A stretch of DNA of 64,000 nucleotides from an uncultured bacterium (GCA_902802945.1 CADCOC010000030.1:2533-66532); one strand, 5' to 3'. Shown: positions 53,648 to 63,924, counted from the stretch's first letter. A program made the numbers and translations. Notes: a model not told the origin generated them from the sequence alone.

Positions 53648-56200
53648 TCAGAACAGACGGTCACCGTAGACGAGGATTTTCTTGAGGCGGAGCGTCTTCT
53701 TGTTTCCGCCGGACTTGCAGCCGACCTTGACGGACTTCACGGTCTGCGGATTCCCGGTGAGGTCGACGCGCAGAACGCCATCCTTTGTCGCACCGCCGCC
53801 GACCTCCTTCCAGTCACCCTCCTCGCCCTTCACCCAGACCACTAGCGGCATTTCCGCGCCAATTGCCGTCACGCCCTTCACAACCACATCTCCAGCCAAT
53901 TCCACGACAGCAAACGGCGCCTCCTCCGCCCGCGTCTCGAAAAGCCCCTTTCGCGACGGGTCGTACGGCGTGGCATCGGACACCCTCGCGTAGTCCTCTG
54001 GCGTGTCACCCTTTCCGGCACTTGAGGTCACCACGAGTGCGTCGCTCGACGCGAGCGGCGTACCGTAGTCCGTCTCTGCGACCTTCGCCACTCCCTTCGG
54101 CGGGTCTTCCTCGTTCCTGAAGTCGGCCATCATGCGGAACGCCGTCCTGTCCTCCATGCAGCCCTTGACCGAGCAGAGACGCCGCCAGTCGATTTTGCCT
54201 GCGGACGATGCGTCCGAGTGCGCGCCGCCCATGAACCGCGCCACCTTCCCGAAGAACCGACCGAGGCGTTCCTTGTCATCTCCGAAACGCCTGATCGCGT
54301 AGCTGAAGGTCTGGGGCAGGTAGCTGCCGCTGTCCATGTTCGCGGAGAGCGCCGCCGCAAGCACGCCGTCCTCGAGATTCGGGATTCCACTGAACCGTTT
54401 CAACGAACGCGCCAGCGCCTCCTTCTCGAAGTTCATCTCCTCGGCGATGTAGGCCTTCGGCTGCGGGAGTCCGAGAAACACGCGCGCCGTCTCCTTTGCG
54501 AGCAGCTTTTTGTCGATGTCTTTCCTCTTCGCCAGCTCGTCCAGTGCCTCGTGCGCGAAGTCCCAGGAGACAAGCCGTCCGTTTGGGGCGAGCCGGACCA
54601 GTTCGGCGAGATAGCGCTGCCAGTCTTCAACGGAGGCACCGGACTTCTTCAGGCCGTCCGTGTAGGCGCGCCACGCCGACAGGTTGTACGGACAGCGCAT
54701 CGCGGCCTCCTTGACGCATCCCGCGTAACGCAGCAGTTCTGACTCATCGTACGCCGCGCGGTCCGCGAACACGCGCTCTGTCGCCTGCAGATACTGGAAG
54801 CCCTTTCCCCAGAGCGTGAACGATGCGCCGGAGTAAGGTCTGATTCCGTTGATGAGCCGCCAGTTGCCGTCCTCCTTGCGCATCGTCCAGCACCGGTGCG
54901 CCGGCGCACCCTTCCGGAACTTCGTGGCCCTGCGTCCGGGCTGGAAGTTCGTCACGGCCATGATCCCCTGCGCGTTGGCGGCGCGCGACGCCCACTCGGA
55001 AAGCTCCACGCACACGCCGCCGACGCGCGCGCGCAGGTAGAGGCGCGGCCAGCCGGACGCCATCCACGGGCGCATGTATTCGTCGTGCTTCGCCCACTTG
55101 CTCACGCCGAAGCAGTTTTTCTTGCGATATGGGACGTTCCTGATGCTCACATTTCCGAGATAGCGCGTCGGGAAGCGGCGCTGGGCGTTGAGGTAAAGCG
55201 TCTCCGCCGCATCCGACGGACGCTTCACGATGAACCGCCATTCGCGGCAGTCGCGCTTTCCGGCCTCCGTGACGAAGCCGCCGACCTGCCCGATCCGCCT
55301 GAACGCCGCCCAGTGGCGTACGGTCGCCGTCATGTCGTCGCCCTTCTGTGCGTTGATCGCCACGGCCACCGTCGCCCTGCGGCCCATCTCCGTACGACTC
55401 CACTTCTCGTCCTCGTCGTTGAGGAAGAGCGTCATCAAGGTCTCCAGCGCGCGCGGTGCGTCGAAGACGGGGCCAGATAGCAGGAAGTCCTCCAGCACGG
55501 CGTCGTCGTTCCACAGCCGCACGAACAATTCGCGCCCGCTCTTCGCCGCGAGGATCTCTTCGATCTTCTTCTCGCCGCAGATATCGACAAGCCGCTTTCT
55601 CAAGATCGCACGCCGGACAGGCGAGCCCGGCTTGAGGTCTTCTGCTTTCAATTTCCGGCCACCGAATGCCAGTTGTCGAACGTTCTTCGCCCAATCGACA
55701 TTCGACGCCCGACTTCCGACAGTGGGGTCAAGCCGTTTCGGCTCCAGATTCACCACGCCGTCGCCGAACGCGCCGAGTCCGCGCAGAGGATCCTTCGGCG
55801 GCTGCGGCACGTCTTCACCGAGTTCCTTCATGTAGCTGTACGCCGCCCAGCCCCAGAACGACGTGCATCCGGCGTCGTAAACGGCCTTAAGACACTCCAC
55901 CGCGCGCGCCTTGTTCGTCTTGAGATCGTGGCGCAGCAGCGCGAACTCCGCCATGTCGACAGACTGCCGCTCTTCGAGATTGCGTCCGTTCGCCGGACGC
56001 GCCCGCAGCTCCGCGATGAACGCGCGTCCCTCTTTCCATTTCCCCTCCGCGCCAAGCCTGCTCGCGTGGCTGACGTCCCCCATGCCGTCCTTCGGCTTGC
56101 GTGGCAGGTCGATCTTCGGGGGCGTCCCGGAGCCCGATGCGAAAAACACCACGCACGCAAACGCAGTGGCGGCAATCATTTTAAGTACCGGTTTTTCCAT
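53648..56200 (-). CDS. Secreted hypothetical protein with a possible transglutaminase-like core and a C-terminal discoidin-like domain
   Basis: 850 aa with a signal peptide. GGVCVELSEW...AHRCWTMRKEDGNWRLIN is compatible with a Cys-His core. This is a weak, motif-level call only. Confidence 0.4.
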   Translation of the reverse strand: MEKPVLKMIAATAFACVVFFASGSGTPPKIDLPRKPKDGMGDVSHASRLGAEGKWKEGRAFIAELRARPANGRNLEERQSVDMAEFALLRHDLKTNKARAVECLKAVYDAGCTSFWGWAAYSYMKELGEDVPQPPKDPLRGLGAFGDGVVNLEPKRLDPTVGSRASNVDWAKNVRQLAFGGRKLKAEDLKPGSPVRRAILRKRLVDICGEKKIEEILAAKSGRELFVRLWNDDAVLEDFLLSGPVFDAPRALETLMTLFLNDEDEKWSRTEMGRRATVAVAINAQKGDDMTATVRHWAAFRRIGQVGGFVTEAGKRDCREWRFIVKRPSDAAETLYLNAQRRFPTRYLGNVSIRNVPYRKKNCFGVSKWAKHDEYMRPWMASGWPRLYLRARVGGVCVELSEWASRAANAQGIMAVTNFQPGRRATKFRKGAPAHRCWTMRKEDGNWRLINGIRPYSGASFTLWGKGFQYLQATERVFADRAAYDESELLRYAGCVKEAAMRCPYNLSAWRAYTDGLKKSGASVEDWQRYLAELVRLAPNGRLVSWDFAHEALDELAKRKDIDKKLLAKETARVFLGLPQPKAYIAEEMNFEKEALARSLKRFSGIPNLEDGVLAAALSANMDSGSYLPQTFSYAIRRFGDDKERLGRFFGKVARFMGGAHSDASSAGKIDWRRLCSVKGCMEDRTAFRMMADFRNEEDPPKGVAKVAETDYGTPLASSDALVVTSSAGKGDTPEDYARVSDATPYDPSRKGLFETRAEEAPFAVVELAGDVVVKGVTAIGAEMPLVVWVKGEEGDWKEVGGGATKDGVLRVDLTGNPQTVKSVKVGCKSGGNKKTLRLKKILVYGDRLF

Positions 56201-56219
56201 TTCGTCCCCCGTCCTTTGC

Positions 56220-59200
56220 CTACCTGATGGCGGTGAAAGAATAAACTCCCGAACCGATTCTGCGATCGGGCTGACCGGGGAGGCGCACGATGGCCGTTGT
56301 GTTAGGCGGCACCGTTACGTCAAGCGTCACCTTCTTCCCGTCGCGCCGCCACGCGGTGGTGATCGGTCCGTTGGGTCCGTTCACGGACGCTTTCGCCCAC
56401 GTGAGCGCGTCAATGAACTGCGGCGCGATCACGACTTCCCGAAGCGCCGTCGCCGACACATCCGGAATCGCCGCGCAGCTGTCATCTTTCTCCGGCAGCT
56501 GAATGCCGCCGAGGTACTGGTACGCCCACGCCATGAAGTCGCCGAACATGATGTGGTTGCGGCTCGCGCCGTCGCCCCAGTCCTCCCAGAGTGTGGTGCC
56601 GCCCTTCTGTATCCACTCGACGGGCGAAGGTTTCGTCGGATTCGTGAGCATCTTGAACGCGAGGTCGGTGCGACCGATACGGCTCAATGCACGGAAGACG
56701 TGTTTGGAGCCGAGGAGGCCGATATCCACATGGTCTCCCTCCTTCTCCACGGATTCTACGAGTTTCGCCGCAACGGCCGCACGTTCGCTCTCCGGCACCA
56801 CGCCGAACGCGAGCGGAAACGCCTGCGCCGTCTGGCGGGCGTTGTCGTAGACGCCGTTGCCCTTGTAGAACTTCGCGTGGATCGCCGTCTTGATGGCATC
56901 GGCGAGCTTCGCGTAGCGCGCCGCGTCGTCGGCAAGACCCTTGATCGCGGCGATGCGCGAGAGAATCGCCGCCGCCTGTCGGTAGTAGCAGCTGGAGGTG
57001 AGTTCCGTTGACGGCACGTGCTTGCGGTTCACGTGGTTCCAGTCGCCGATACCATGCCGCACGAGGTTCCCCCGCGCCTTCGTCGAGGTGAAATCGACGT
57101 AGCGCTTAAGCGCGGGATACACAATGTCCAGGATGCGGCGGTCGCCGCGATAGCACCAGAGGTTCCACGCGACCACGGGCATTGCACTGTCCCATGCGGG
57201 GCCGTTGCCCCAGCGGTAGCCCCAGCCGCTCGTGGGGACGATGCCGCAGATGTCGCCGTTCGCGAGCTGCGAGTCCATGATGTCGCGCAGCCACTTCTCG
57301 TAGGCAGCCGTGTTCTCGAAGCAGTACTGCGCAAGCTCGGAGGCGATTGAGGCATCGCCCGTCCAGCCGTTCTTCTCGCGGTGCGGGCAGTCCGTCGGAT
57401 AGCCATCCGCGAAGTTGGAGCGGTACGCGCGGTCGCCCATCAACATGAGCGTGTTGAATGTCTCGTCCGAGCAGGAGAACGAGCCGATCGCGGGGAAGTC
57501 GGTGTGGACCACGCAGCCCGTGATGTCCGCCGCACGCGGCGCCGTGCGCAATCCCTTGAGGGTGACATACTGGAAACCGTTGTACGTGAAACGCGGCTCG
57601 TACCTTTCTACTTCCGCGCCGGACGAGACGAAGCGGTCGGTCTGGAACTCCGCGCCCGTGGCGCAGACGGCCTGCGAGGCCGTGTAGCGGAAATGGCAGT
57701 CGATGCGCCGCGTCGCGCTCCCGGCATCCGGACCGCGAAGGCTGCCCTTGAAGTTGTGGATGCCGTCGGGCGCGGACGTCCGGGCCGGCGAAAAGTCCTT
57801 GTTCGCACGCTCGTCGTAGCGCACCACGAGCACGTCGCCCTGTTTCTGTCCGCGCACATCCATCCGGATCCACCCCGCGAAATTCTCCGGGAACTCCACC
57901 ACATACGTGCCGTCGGGGAATGCATGGATTGCCTTCGGCGCAATCGTGCGCACCACCTTCGCGCCCGGACAGTTCTCCGCGACGAGCGCGCCCTTCGGCG
58001 CGGACACCTCGGCTGCGCGTATCTCGCGCTTCGCAAAGTCGGGCTGCGCGGGATGGTGCGCGCCGATCACCTCGCCCTCGCGGATGCAGTCGTAGCCGAC
58101 GGGACTTTCCACCTGACGCCACGAGCCGTCCGAGACGACCGTTTCGCGCGTACCGTCCGCATACGTGATTTCAAGTTGCGCGATCATGCGCGGGAAATCG
58201 CGCCACGGCGCGACGTCGAAGTTCCACACCGCGATGGAACGCACGTCGTACCAGCCGTGTCCCACCAGCACCTTCAACGTGTTCTCGCCCGCCTTCAGCG
58301 CGCCGCCGAGATCGTAGGTGGAGTAGAGGACGTGCTTGTCGTAAGCCGTGGGCGACGGGTCAAGCACCTTGTCGCCGATCTTGCGTCCGTTCAGCGACGC
58401 CTCGTAGAAGCCGACGCCCGTCACGTGGAGGAACGCGGAGGCGACGGGCTTGGTGATGGCGATCTTCTTCTCGAAGGCGGGCGACGCGATCTCCTCGCGC
58501 GTGACAAGCGCCTTGCCGTACGGCGTATCGCGCAGGGCGCCGAGATCGTTGCCGAGCGTTCCGTTCGTCACGATGCGACGGCCATCGGGGAAACGCAGCG
58601 CGCAGATGAACGCCTGCGGGGTTCCCCTTCCGCCTTTCTTCACGCGGACGGTCATCGTGTTCTTGCCGGGTTTGAGCCACAGCGTCATGTCGCGGAAGCG
58701 CAGATGGTTCCAGCGGTCCACCTGTCCCGAATGGCGGTGGAACTCCTTTCCATTCACGTCGATCTCATGCCGCGTAGATGCCGCGTGCAGCAGCTCCACG
58801 TACTCGCCGGGCTTCGCGCCGGAGAAGTCGAAGTCGAGGGAAATCACCACGTCGCCGCGGGCGTTGGGCTTGGCGGTTATCCAGCGTGCACCGGACAGGT
58901 CCGCGTCGGGACGCGTCTCGGGCGCAGGGCCGATCCACTTCGCCTTCCAACCATCGCCAGGCATGATGCCTGTCACCCACGTCGCAGGAGCGCCCCAGTC
59001 GCTTTCCGCGCCCGAACCGTCCCACGTGCGCACCTTCCACCAGTAGCGACGCGATGAGGCAAGCGGCTTTCCGCCATACACCATGTCGATCGTATCCGCG
59101 CTCGAAACTTTGCCTGAGTCCCATAAGTCGCCCTTGTCCGCCGCGAGATTCCCCTTCGAGCTTGCCACCATGATGCGGTACGCACTCTGCACAACGCCCT

Positions 59201-60251
59201 TTGCGTCTTTCTTCGACGACATCTTCCAGCCGAAACGTGGAGACGGCGCGTCCACGCCGCACGGATTCTCCAGCCTTTCCACCGTCAGCCCGCACGGAGC
59301 GCCAAACGCACCAGCGCGGAATCTCTCAACCAGTGCATCCTTCTCCTGCTTGGGCACCGCGATGACTGTGCCGTGGCGGATGCCCTTCGGCAGATGGAGC
59401 TCCGCCGTGCGGTCTTTCCAGGTCTTGCCGCCGTCGGAGCTGGAAATCATATTGTAGCGTCCGCGACGGTAGTTGTCGAAGCAGACGAACATCTCCTTGC
59501 CGACGAGGAAAGGCGACGGTCCCTCGACCCAGTCGGGTCCGAAGTTTATCGGCCCGTCAAGCTTTGTCGGGAAACCCTTGTCCAGCGACTTCGTGCGCGT
59601 GGTGAGGATGTGCTTCTTCGCGACGGGCTTCTCCCGCTCGTCCTTGATCGTCATCACCCAATCGTGCGTGAGCGGGTCGCGCACGATCGCGGCGTCAATC
59701 ACGCTGAAGCCCGGATCGAACCACTTCTCCGTCGGCGTGAACGTCTTGAAGTCGCGGGTCGTCGTGCGGTAGATGCGGTGTCCGTCCCCGCGTCCGGCAA
59801 TCGTCGACGCCCAGTAGATGTGGTACGTGCCGGTGTCGGGGTCGTAGGTGAGCTCCGGTGCCCAGCAGTTCCGGCATCCCTTCTCGTGCTCCATCACCGG
59901 AATCGCGCGCTGTTCGCTCCAGTTGACGAAATCGCGCGTCTCGGCGTAGCCGATGATGCGGTCATGCCAGCTTGTGGTCCAGACCATGCGGTACACGCCG
60001 TCCGGGCCGCGACAGATGGATGGGTCGCGCATGAGGCGGTCCTTGCCCACCGTGGGCTTCAGGACGCTCTTGTTGCCGTTGAGCGCGGTCCAGTTCAGGC
60101 CGTCGTCGCTCACGGCGAGGTGCAGCCCGTCGCTCTGTCCGCAGAAGTACGAGAAGATGTAGGCCTCCTTGGCGGGCGTCTCGGACGCGGCCTGCGCGAG
60201 CGCCGTCACCGCCGCAAGTCCAGCAGAAACAATCAGGGTTATCGTTTTCAT
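56220..60251 (-). CDS. Fusion protein: an N-terminal 5-bladed-propeller glycosidase-like (GH43-like) domain and a GH78 alpha-L-rhamnosidase
   Basis: A signal peptide is present. LHLAVSDDGLNW...MRDPSI...CWAPEL is propeller-GH-like. The N-terminal block QSAYRIMVASSKGNLAADKGDLWDSGKV...RRYWWKVRTWD is classic GH78. The catalytic-region block is TDCPHREKNGWTGD. The start ATG 60251 has GAGGAA upstream. Confidence 0.75.
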   Translation of the reverse strand: MKTITLIVSAGLAAVTALAQAASETPAKEAYIFSYFCGQSDGLHLAVSDDGLNWTALNGNKSVLKPTVGKDRLMRDPSICRGPDGVYRMVWTTSWHDRIIGYAETRDFVNWSEQRAIPVMEHEKGCRNCWAPELTYDPDTGTYHIYWASTIAGRGDGHRIYRTTTRDFKTFTPTEKWFDPGFSVIDAAIVRDPLTHDWVMTIKDEREKPVAKKHILTTRTKSLDKGFPTKLDGPINFGPDWVEGPSPFLVGKEMFVCFDNYRRGRYNMISSSDGGKTWKDRTAELHLPKGIRHGTVIAVPKQEKDALVERFRAGAFGAPCGLTVERLENPCGVDAPSPRFGWKMSSKKDAKGVVQSAYRIMVASSKGNLAADKGDLWDSGKVSSADTIDMVYGGKPLASSRRYWWKVRTWDGSGAESDWGAPATWVTGIMPGDGWKAKWIGPAPETRPDADLSGARWITAKPNARGDVVISLDFDFSGAKPGEYVELLHAASTRHEIDVNGKEFHRHSGQVDRWNHLRFRDMTLWLKPGKNTMTVRVKKGGRGTPQAFICALRFPDGRRIVTNGTLGNDLGALRDTPYGKALVTREEIASPAFEKKIAITKPVASAFLHVTGVGFYEASLNGRKIGDKVLDPSPTAYDKHVLYSTYDLGGALKAGENTLKVLVGHGWYDVRSIAVWNFDVAPWRDFPRMIAQLEITYADGTRETVVSDGSWRQVESPVGYDCIREGEVIGAHHPAQPDFAKREIRAAEVSAPKGALVAENCPGAKVVRTIAPKAIHAFPDGTYVVEFPENFAGWIRMDVRGQKQGDVLVVRYDERANKDFSPARTSAPDGIHNFKGSLRGPDAGSATRRIDCHFRYTASQAVCATGAEFQTDRFVSSGAEVERYEPRFTYNGFQYVTLKGLRTAPRAADITGCVVHTDFPAIGSFSCSDETFNTLMLMGDRAYRSNFADGYPTDCPHREKNGWTGDASIASELAQYCFENTAAYEKWLRDIMDSQLANGDICGIVPTSGWGYRWGNGPAWDSAMPVVAWNLWCYRGDRRILDIVYPALKRYVDFTSTKARGNLVRHGIGDWNHVNRKHVPSTELTSSCYYRQAAAILSRIAAIKGLADDAARYAKLADAIKTAIHAKFYKGNGVYDNARQTAQAFPLAFGVVPESERAAVAAKLVESVEKEGDHVDIGLLGSKHVFRALSRIGRTDLAFKMLTNPTKPSPVEWIQKGGTTLWEDWGDGASRNHIMFGDFMAWAYQYLGGIQLPEKDDSCAAIPDVSATALREVVIAPQFIDALTWAKASVNGPNGPITTAWRRDGKKVTLDVTVPPNTTAIVRLPGQPDRRIGSGVYSFTAIR

Positions 60252-60271
60252 CTTTTTCCTCATGTATGGCA

Positions 60272-61870
60272 TTACGACTCGTAGACGACCTTGTAGCCGA
60301 TCTTCTTCGCGAACGCCTCGACGCCCTTCTTGAAGTCGCCGAGGAACGTGACGCGGTGCCAGCCGAACTTGTTCCAGTAGCGGTACGCCTTCTCGAAGTC
60401 GCCCGTCACCTCCACCACCATCTTCGTGCGGCAGCCGCGGTCATCGGGGTCGTTCGAGAACGAGCGTCCGGTCTGCAGCGCCACAAGGCGCTTGCCGATG
60501 TCGAACTGCACGGACGTGACGGGATAGTTCCGGGGCGCGAGGGCGCGCACGGACGCCCCTTCGCGGTCCGCGCAGTGCGTCTCTATCTCGAACGGCGACG
60601 CCTCGCTCTCCACGCCCAACAGCTTGCGCGTGGAGACGCAGTGCGCGAACAGCATCGCGCGCCGGGAGCTGTCGATGGCGGGATCGGAGATGTAGCCCAT
60701 GCGCCCCTTCGTCATCGCGTTGAACACGATCATCGCGACGGTCGAGCGCACGTCGTTCTCGCACGTGCCGAAGAGGCCAATGTCCTGCAGCTCCATGAAG
60801 CCGAGGCAGGGATACGCCTTGAGCTTGCCCGTGTAGCAGCCGCCTAGGCAGTTGATCGTGATGGACACCGCCCCGCGGTCCTTGAGCACCTGCTTCATCG
60901 CGAAGAACATCTTCGCGCAGCCGAGGAGCGTCGCGTCCGTAATGCCGCCGATCTTGCGCGCCGTGCGCTTCCACTCGTCGACCTTCGGCTGTGCGACGGC
61001 GTCCGGAATCTTCTCCCACGCGGCGTTCAGTTCGGCGAACTTCAGATCCTCCACGACGATACCGAAGTCCTTGAGGATCTTCGCCTTCTGCGCGGCCGGG
61101 AAGCCTTCCACGGAAAGGATCTTCTTGCCCTTCACGGCGGCGAGCGTCTCTTCCGGCGTAAGGCAGTCGAGCGGCCCCTCCTCGGGCTTGACGCCGCTCT
61201 CCGGCGGCGTGTGGGAGAGACGGTAGTCCGTCGCGGCCTTGACGAAGTCGTCCGCCGTGCCGTCCTTCAGCTTCTCGAACGCGCGCGCCGCGCCGATCGT
61301 GTCGTTGAAGTCGAGCGAGCTCATGAAGGCGTACTTCGGCCACTTGCGCTCGATCAGCGTCGAGTTGTCCACGTCCCACCCGCCGATGCCGGAGTACGGG
61401 AAGCTGCAGAAGATGAGCGGCTTGAACGTCCGCGCGATCGGCGAGATGCAGCGCACCCAGTTGTTCAGCTGGATCACGAGGTAGCCCTTCACGTCGCCAG
61501 CAGCGTTGTCCTCGGCGACGATCTTCTTCGCAGTGGGGATGTCGCTCGCCATGCCCGGGACGAACGCGACGCCCTTCACGGCGGCGTTGAGGGCGTCCGT
61601 CACGTTCTTCATGACGGGACGGAAGTCGAAGCCGATGTGGGGCCACGTCTTGCGCTTCTGCACGGCGTCGAACGCGGCGAACACGAGGCGCACCTTCACG
61701 GCGCCCGTCTTGTCGGGGATCGCCCCGGCGGGCGTGGGCGCGGGAAGCGCGGCCAGGAAGTCCTTGAACTCGGCCTTCGCGGCAAAACCGCCCATTGCGG
61801 CGGCGGCGAAGAGACTGTGGATGAAGTCACGGCGGGCGCAGCCCGCGCAAGTTGTCGTTGCTTTTCTCAT
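60272..61870 (-). CDS. Twin-arginine-signal protein with a sugar (L-fucose/L-arabinose) isomerase-like C-terminal region
   Basis: The signal reads CARRDFIHSLFAAAAMGGFAAKA. The segments GTCENDVRSTVAMIVFN and FGWHRVTFLGDF resemble the FucI/AraA-like fold. The call is tentative. I prefer the start at ATG 61870, which has AAGGAA upstream. Confidence 0.45.
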   Translation of the reverse strand: MRKATTTCAGCARRDFIHSLFAAAAMGGFAAKAEFKDFLAALPAPTPAGAIPDKTGAVKVRLVFAAFDAVQKRKTWPHIGFDFRPVMKNVTDALNAAVKGVAFVPGMASDIPTAKKIVAEDNAAGDVKGYLVIQLNNWVRCISPIARTFKPLIFCSFPYSGIGGWDVDNSTLIERKWPKYAFMSSLDFNDTIGAARAFEKLKDGTADDFVKAATDYRLSHTPPESGVKPEEGPLDCLTPEETLAAVKGKKILSVEGFPAAQKAKILKDFGIVVEDLKFAELNAAWEKIPDAVAQPKVDEWKRTARKIGGITDATLLGCAKMFFAMKQVLKDRGAVSITINCLGGCYTGKLKAYPCLGFMELQDIGLFGTCENDVRSTVAMIVFNAMTKGRMGYISDPAIDSSRRAMLFAHCVSTRKLLGVESEASPFEIETHCADREGASVRALAPRNYPVTSVQFDIGKRLVALQTGRSFSNDPDDRGCRTKMVVEVTGDFEKAYRYWNKFGWHRVTFLGDFKKGVEAFAKKIGYKVVYES

Positions 61871-61911
61871 TGCATGTTCCTTGTTCATTATTTCATGTTC
61901 CTTTTCTTTGT

Positions 61912-63924
61912 TTAGGGATTGACGCCCATTTCCTTGAATTCCGCAGCAGCGTTCAGGAAGTGCGCCGTGAGCCAGAAAACCGTCCAGCGCTCGGCGTACC
62001 CGCCACGCAGTCTGTACACGTCGCTCATGTCGCCGCGCTGACCGAAGTTCGTGTGCTGAATCTGCTCGCCAAGCGAGCCGGAGTCATCGGTCAGTTGGAA
62101 GCAAGAGCGGTACATCACTGCGGCGAGCTTCTTCAGCCTGTCGTCTTTTAGGTATTCACCCATCCGCCAGATTTCCGGCGTAGCCAACACGCCGAACGCG
62201 TCAAGGTGCTGGTTCTGCGCGGAGACGACCGTCCACCCCGTCGATTTGAACGCATGGTCGCTGAGGCGACCGGGCGGATACGTCGCGTCCCACACCATCG
62301 TGTAGGTGAGCATCATGTTCATCGCGTGCTGCGCAAGTCGGGCGTATTTCTTTTCCTCTGCGCTGGGAGATTGGATGTCTTGCCCGTTGTCGGCTCGGCG
62401 GGGACGCCTCGCCCTATCGTTGATCGCATTGCGCAGGAGCGCGGCGTAGCCCTGGAACGCCGCGAACGCGCCCTCCTTGTCCTCGCACCGCGCGTCGAGC
62501 GTGCCGCCCCAATAGACGCCATCATAGCCGAAGTACCGCCGCTCGAACACGGCGGCCAGCTTCTTCGCCGCCGCAAGATGTTCCTTCTTCCCGAATATCT
62601 CCGATCCCGCGACAAGCGGCGCAACGAGGAATCCGGCGTTCGTCGATTTCGGCTCCTGCCAGTTTGGCTTGAGGATGCTCGCCGCAATCGCGTCGAGCGC
62701 CTTCTCAGCGAACGCGCGCCACTTCGCAGAATTGAGCCGCCCGTCGGATTTCTCCGCGAAACGAATCGCCTTGACGATGCAGTTGAGGGTCTGTCCGCAC
62801 GAGACTGGATCGCCGCCCAACGTCTTGCCGGTGTCCATGTTGTAGCGCACGCAGAAGAGTCCGTCCGACGGACGTATCGTCGCGCCGAAAGTCTCGCTGA
62901 TGAAGTCGAGCGACTTCTGCGCCTTAACCCAGTCGCCCTTGTCGATGTCCAGCACCGGCAGCGCGTAGCCGCACGTTGCCGCGCATCCGCACCAACCAAG
63001 GACGATCTCACGCCGCCTGTGCGCGCGCTCGTAAACGTCGGTCATGCCGTTTCCGCAGTCGTACATGTTGAAGCCGGACGCCCCCCGCTCCTCCATCCAG
63101 CGCGTCATCGCATAGTCGCGCTTCACGCGGAAGATGCGCTCGAACGGCTCGTAGCAGTCCGTGCGGTACGGCTTGAAGAGGTCGAGCGACACGTCCATCG
63201 CCTGCTCGAACCCGAAGGCGTCCTGCGTCGCCTTGCCCGTCTGGATCCAGAACGTCTTCTCGACAACTTGTCCCGGACGCAGCGTGACGTACGTCTCGTC
63301 GTACTTCATCGCTGCACCCTGCCTCGCCTTCGCGACGGAACGGCGGCGGTTATAGCCAATCGGGCCGGAGAGCATCACGATGTCCGTGCCGCCATCCGCC
63401 ACCTCCACGCCAATGCTCCACCACAGGTCTTCGCGCACCGCACCGCGTATGGGCGACGGCAACGTATGTATCGCAACGAACTCGCCACCGTTTGCATTCT
63501 CCAGCAGCACGAACTGCATCGGCAGCCGATGCTCCTCAAAGATCGCGAACTCGCCCTTGTCGCCCGCGAACACGGGAACGCGTCCGTCGGTGCGGCCCTT
63601 GTTGGACGGATTCCCGTACATCAGGATTCCCGGCATGAAAGGCTTGAGTTGCTTCGAATCGCCCTTGACGCGGTACTTGACGGACAGCGTCACCTTCTCA
63701 AGCGGCTCCTTGCCGTTCCACGTCCAGCGGCGGACGACCTTCACGAGGCCGTCGCGCACCTCCGTCGAGGAATCACGTATCTCAAGCCCAGGCACATCGC
63801 TTTTCCATTCGGCAACCCAGCCGTCCTTCCAGCCGAAACCCGTTTCGACCGGCAACATCGCCGCAATTCCGAACTTTGCCGCAATGACAGTAGCGGCCGC
63901 AAAAGCCACAACATGTTTCTTCAT
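61912..63924 (-). CDS. Secreted hypothetical protein, possibly an (alpha/alpha)6-type glycoside hydrolase or lyase
   Basis: 670 aa with a signal peptide and GGAGGA SD. It is co-directional with the rhamnosidase. No diagnostic motif was recognised. Confidence 0.4.
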   Translation of the reverse strand: MKKHVVAFAAATVIAAKFGIAAMLPVETGFGWKDGWVAEWKSDVPGLEIRDSSTEVRDGLVKVVRRWTWNGKEPLEKVTLSVKYRVKGDSKQLKPFMPGILMYGNPSNKGRTDGRVPVFAGDKGEFAIFEEHRLPMQFVLLENANGGEFVAIHTLPSPIRGAVREDLWWSIGVEVADGGTDIVMLSGPIGYNRRRSVAKARQGAAMKYDETYVTLRPGQVVEKTFWIQTGKATQDAFGFEQAMDVSLDLFKPYRTDCYEPFERIFRVKRDYAMTRWMEERGASGFNMYDCGNGMTDVYERAHRRREIVLGWCGCAATCGYALPVLDIDKGDWVKAQKSLDFISETFGATIRPSDGLFCVRYNMDTGKTLGGDPVSCGQTLNCIVKAIRFAEKSDGRLNSAKWRAFAEKALDAIAASILKPNWQEPKSTNAGFLVAPLVAGSEIFGKKEHLAAAKKLAAVFERRYFGYDGVYWGGTLDARCEDKEGAFAAFQGYAALLRNAINDRARRPRRADNGQDIQSPSAEEKKYARLAQHAMNMMLTYTMVWDATYPPGRLSDHAFKSTGWTVVSAQNQHLDAFGVLATPEIWRMGEYLKDDRLKKLAAVMYRSCFQLTDDSGSLGEQIQHTNFGQRGDMSDVYRLRGGYAERWTVFWLTAHFLNAAAEFKEMGVNP

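Noticed and set aside
61872-61911. Direct 10-nt repeat AAGGAACATG (twice, 21 nt apart on the minus strand) upstream of the Tat-signal gene
   Set aside because: There are only two copies. One simply provides the SD plus alternative start context. The resemblance to the GTAGAACATG family is limited to AACATG.
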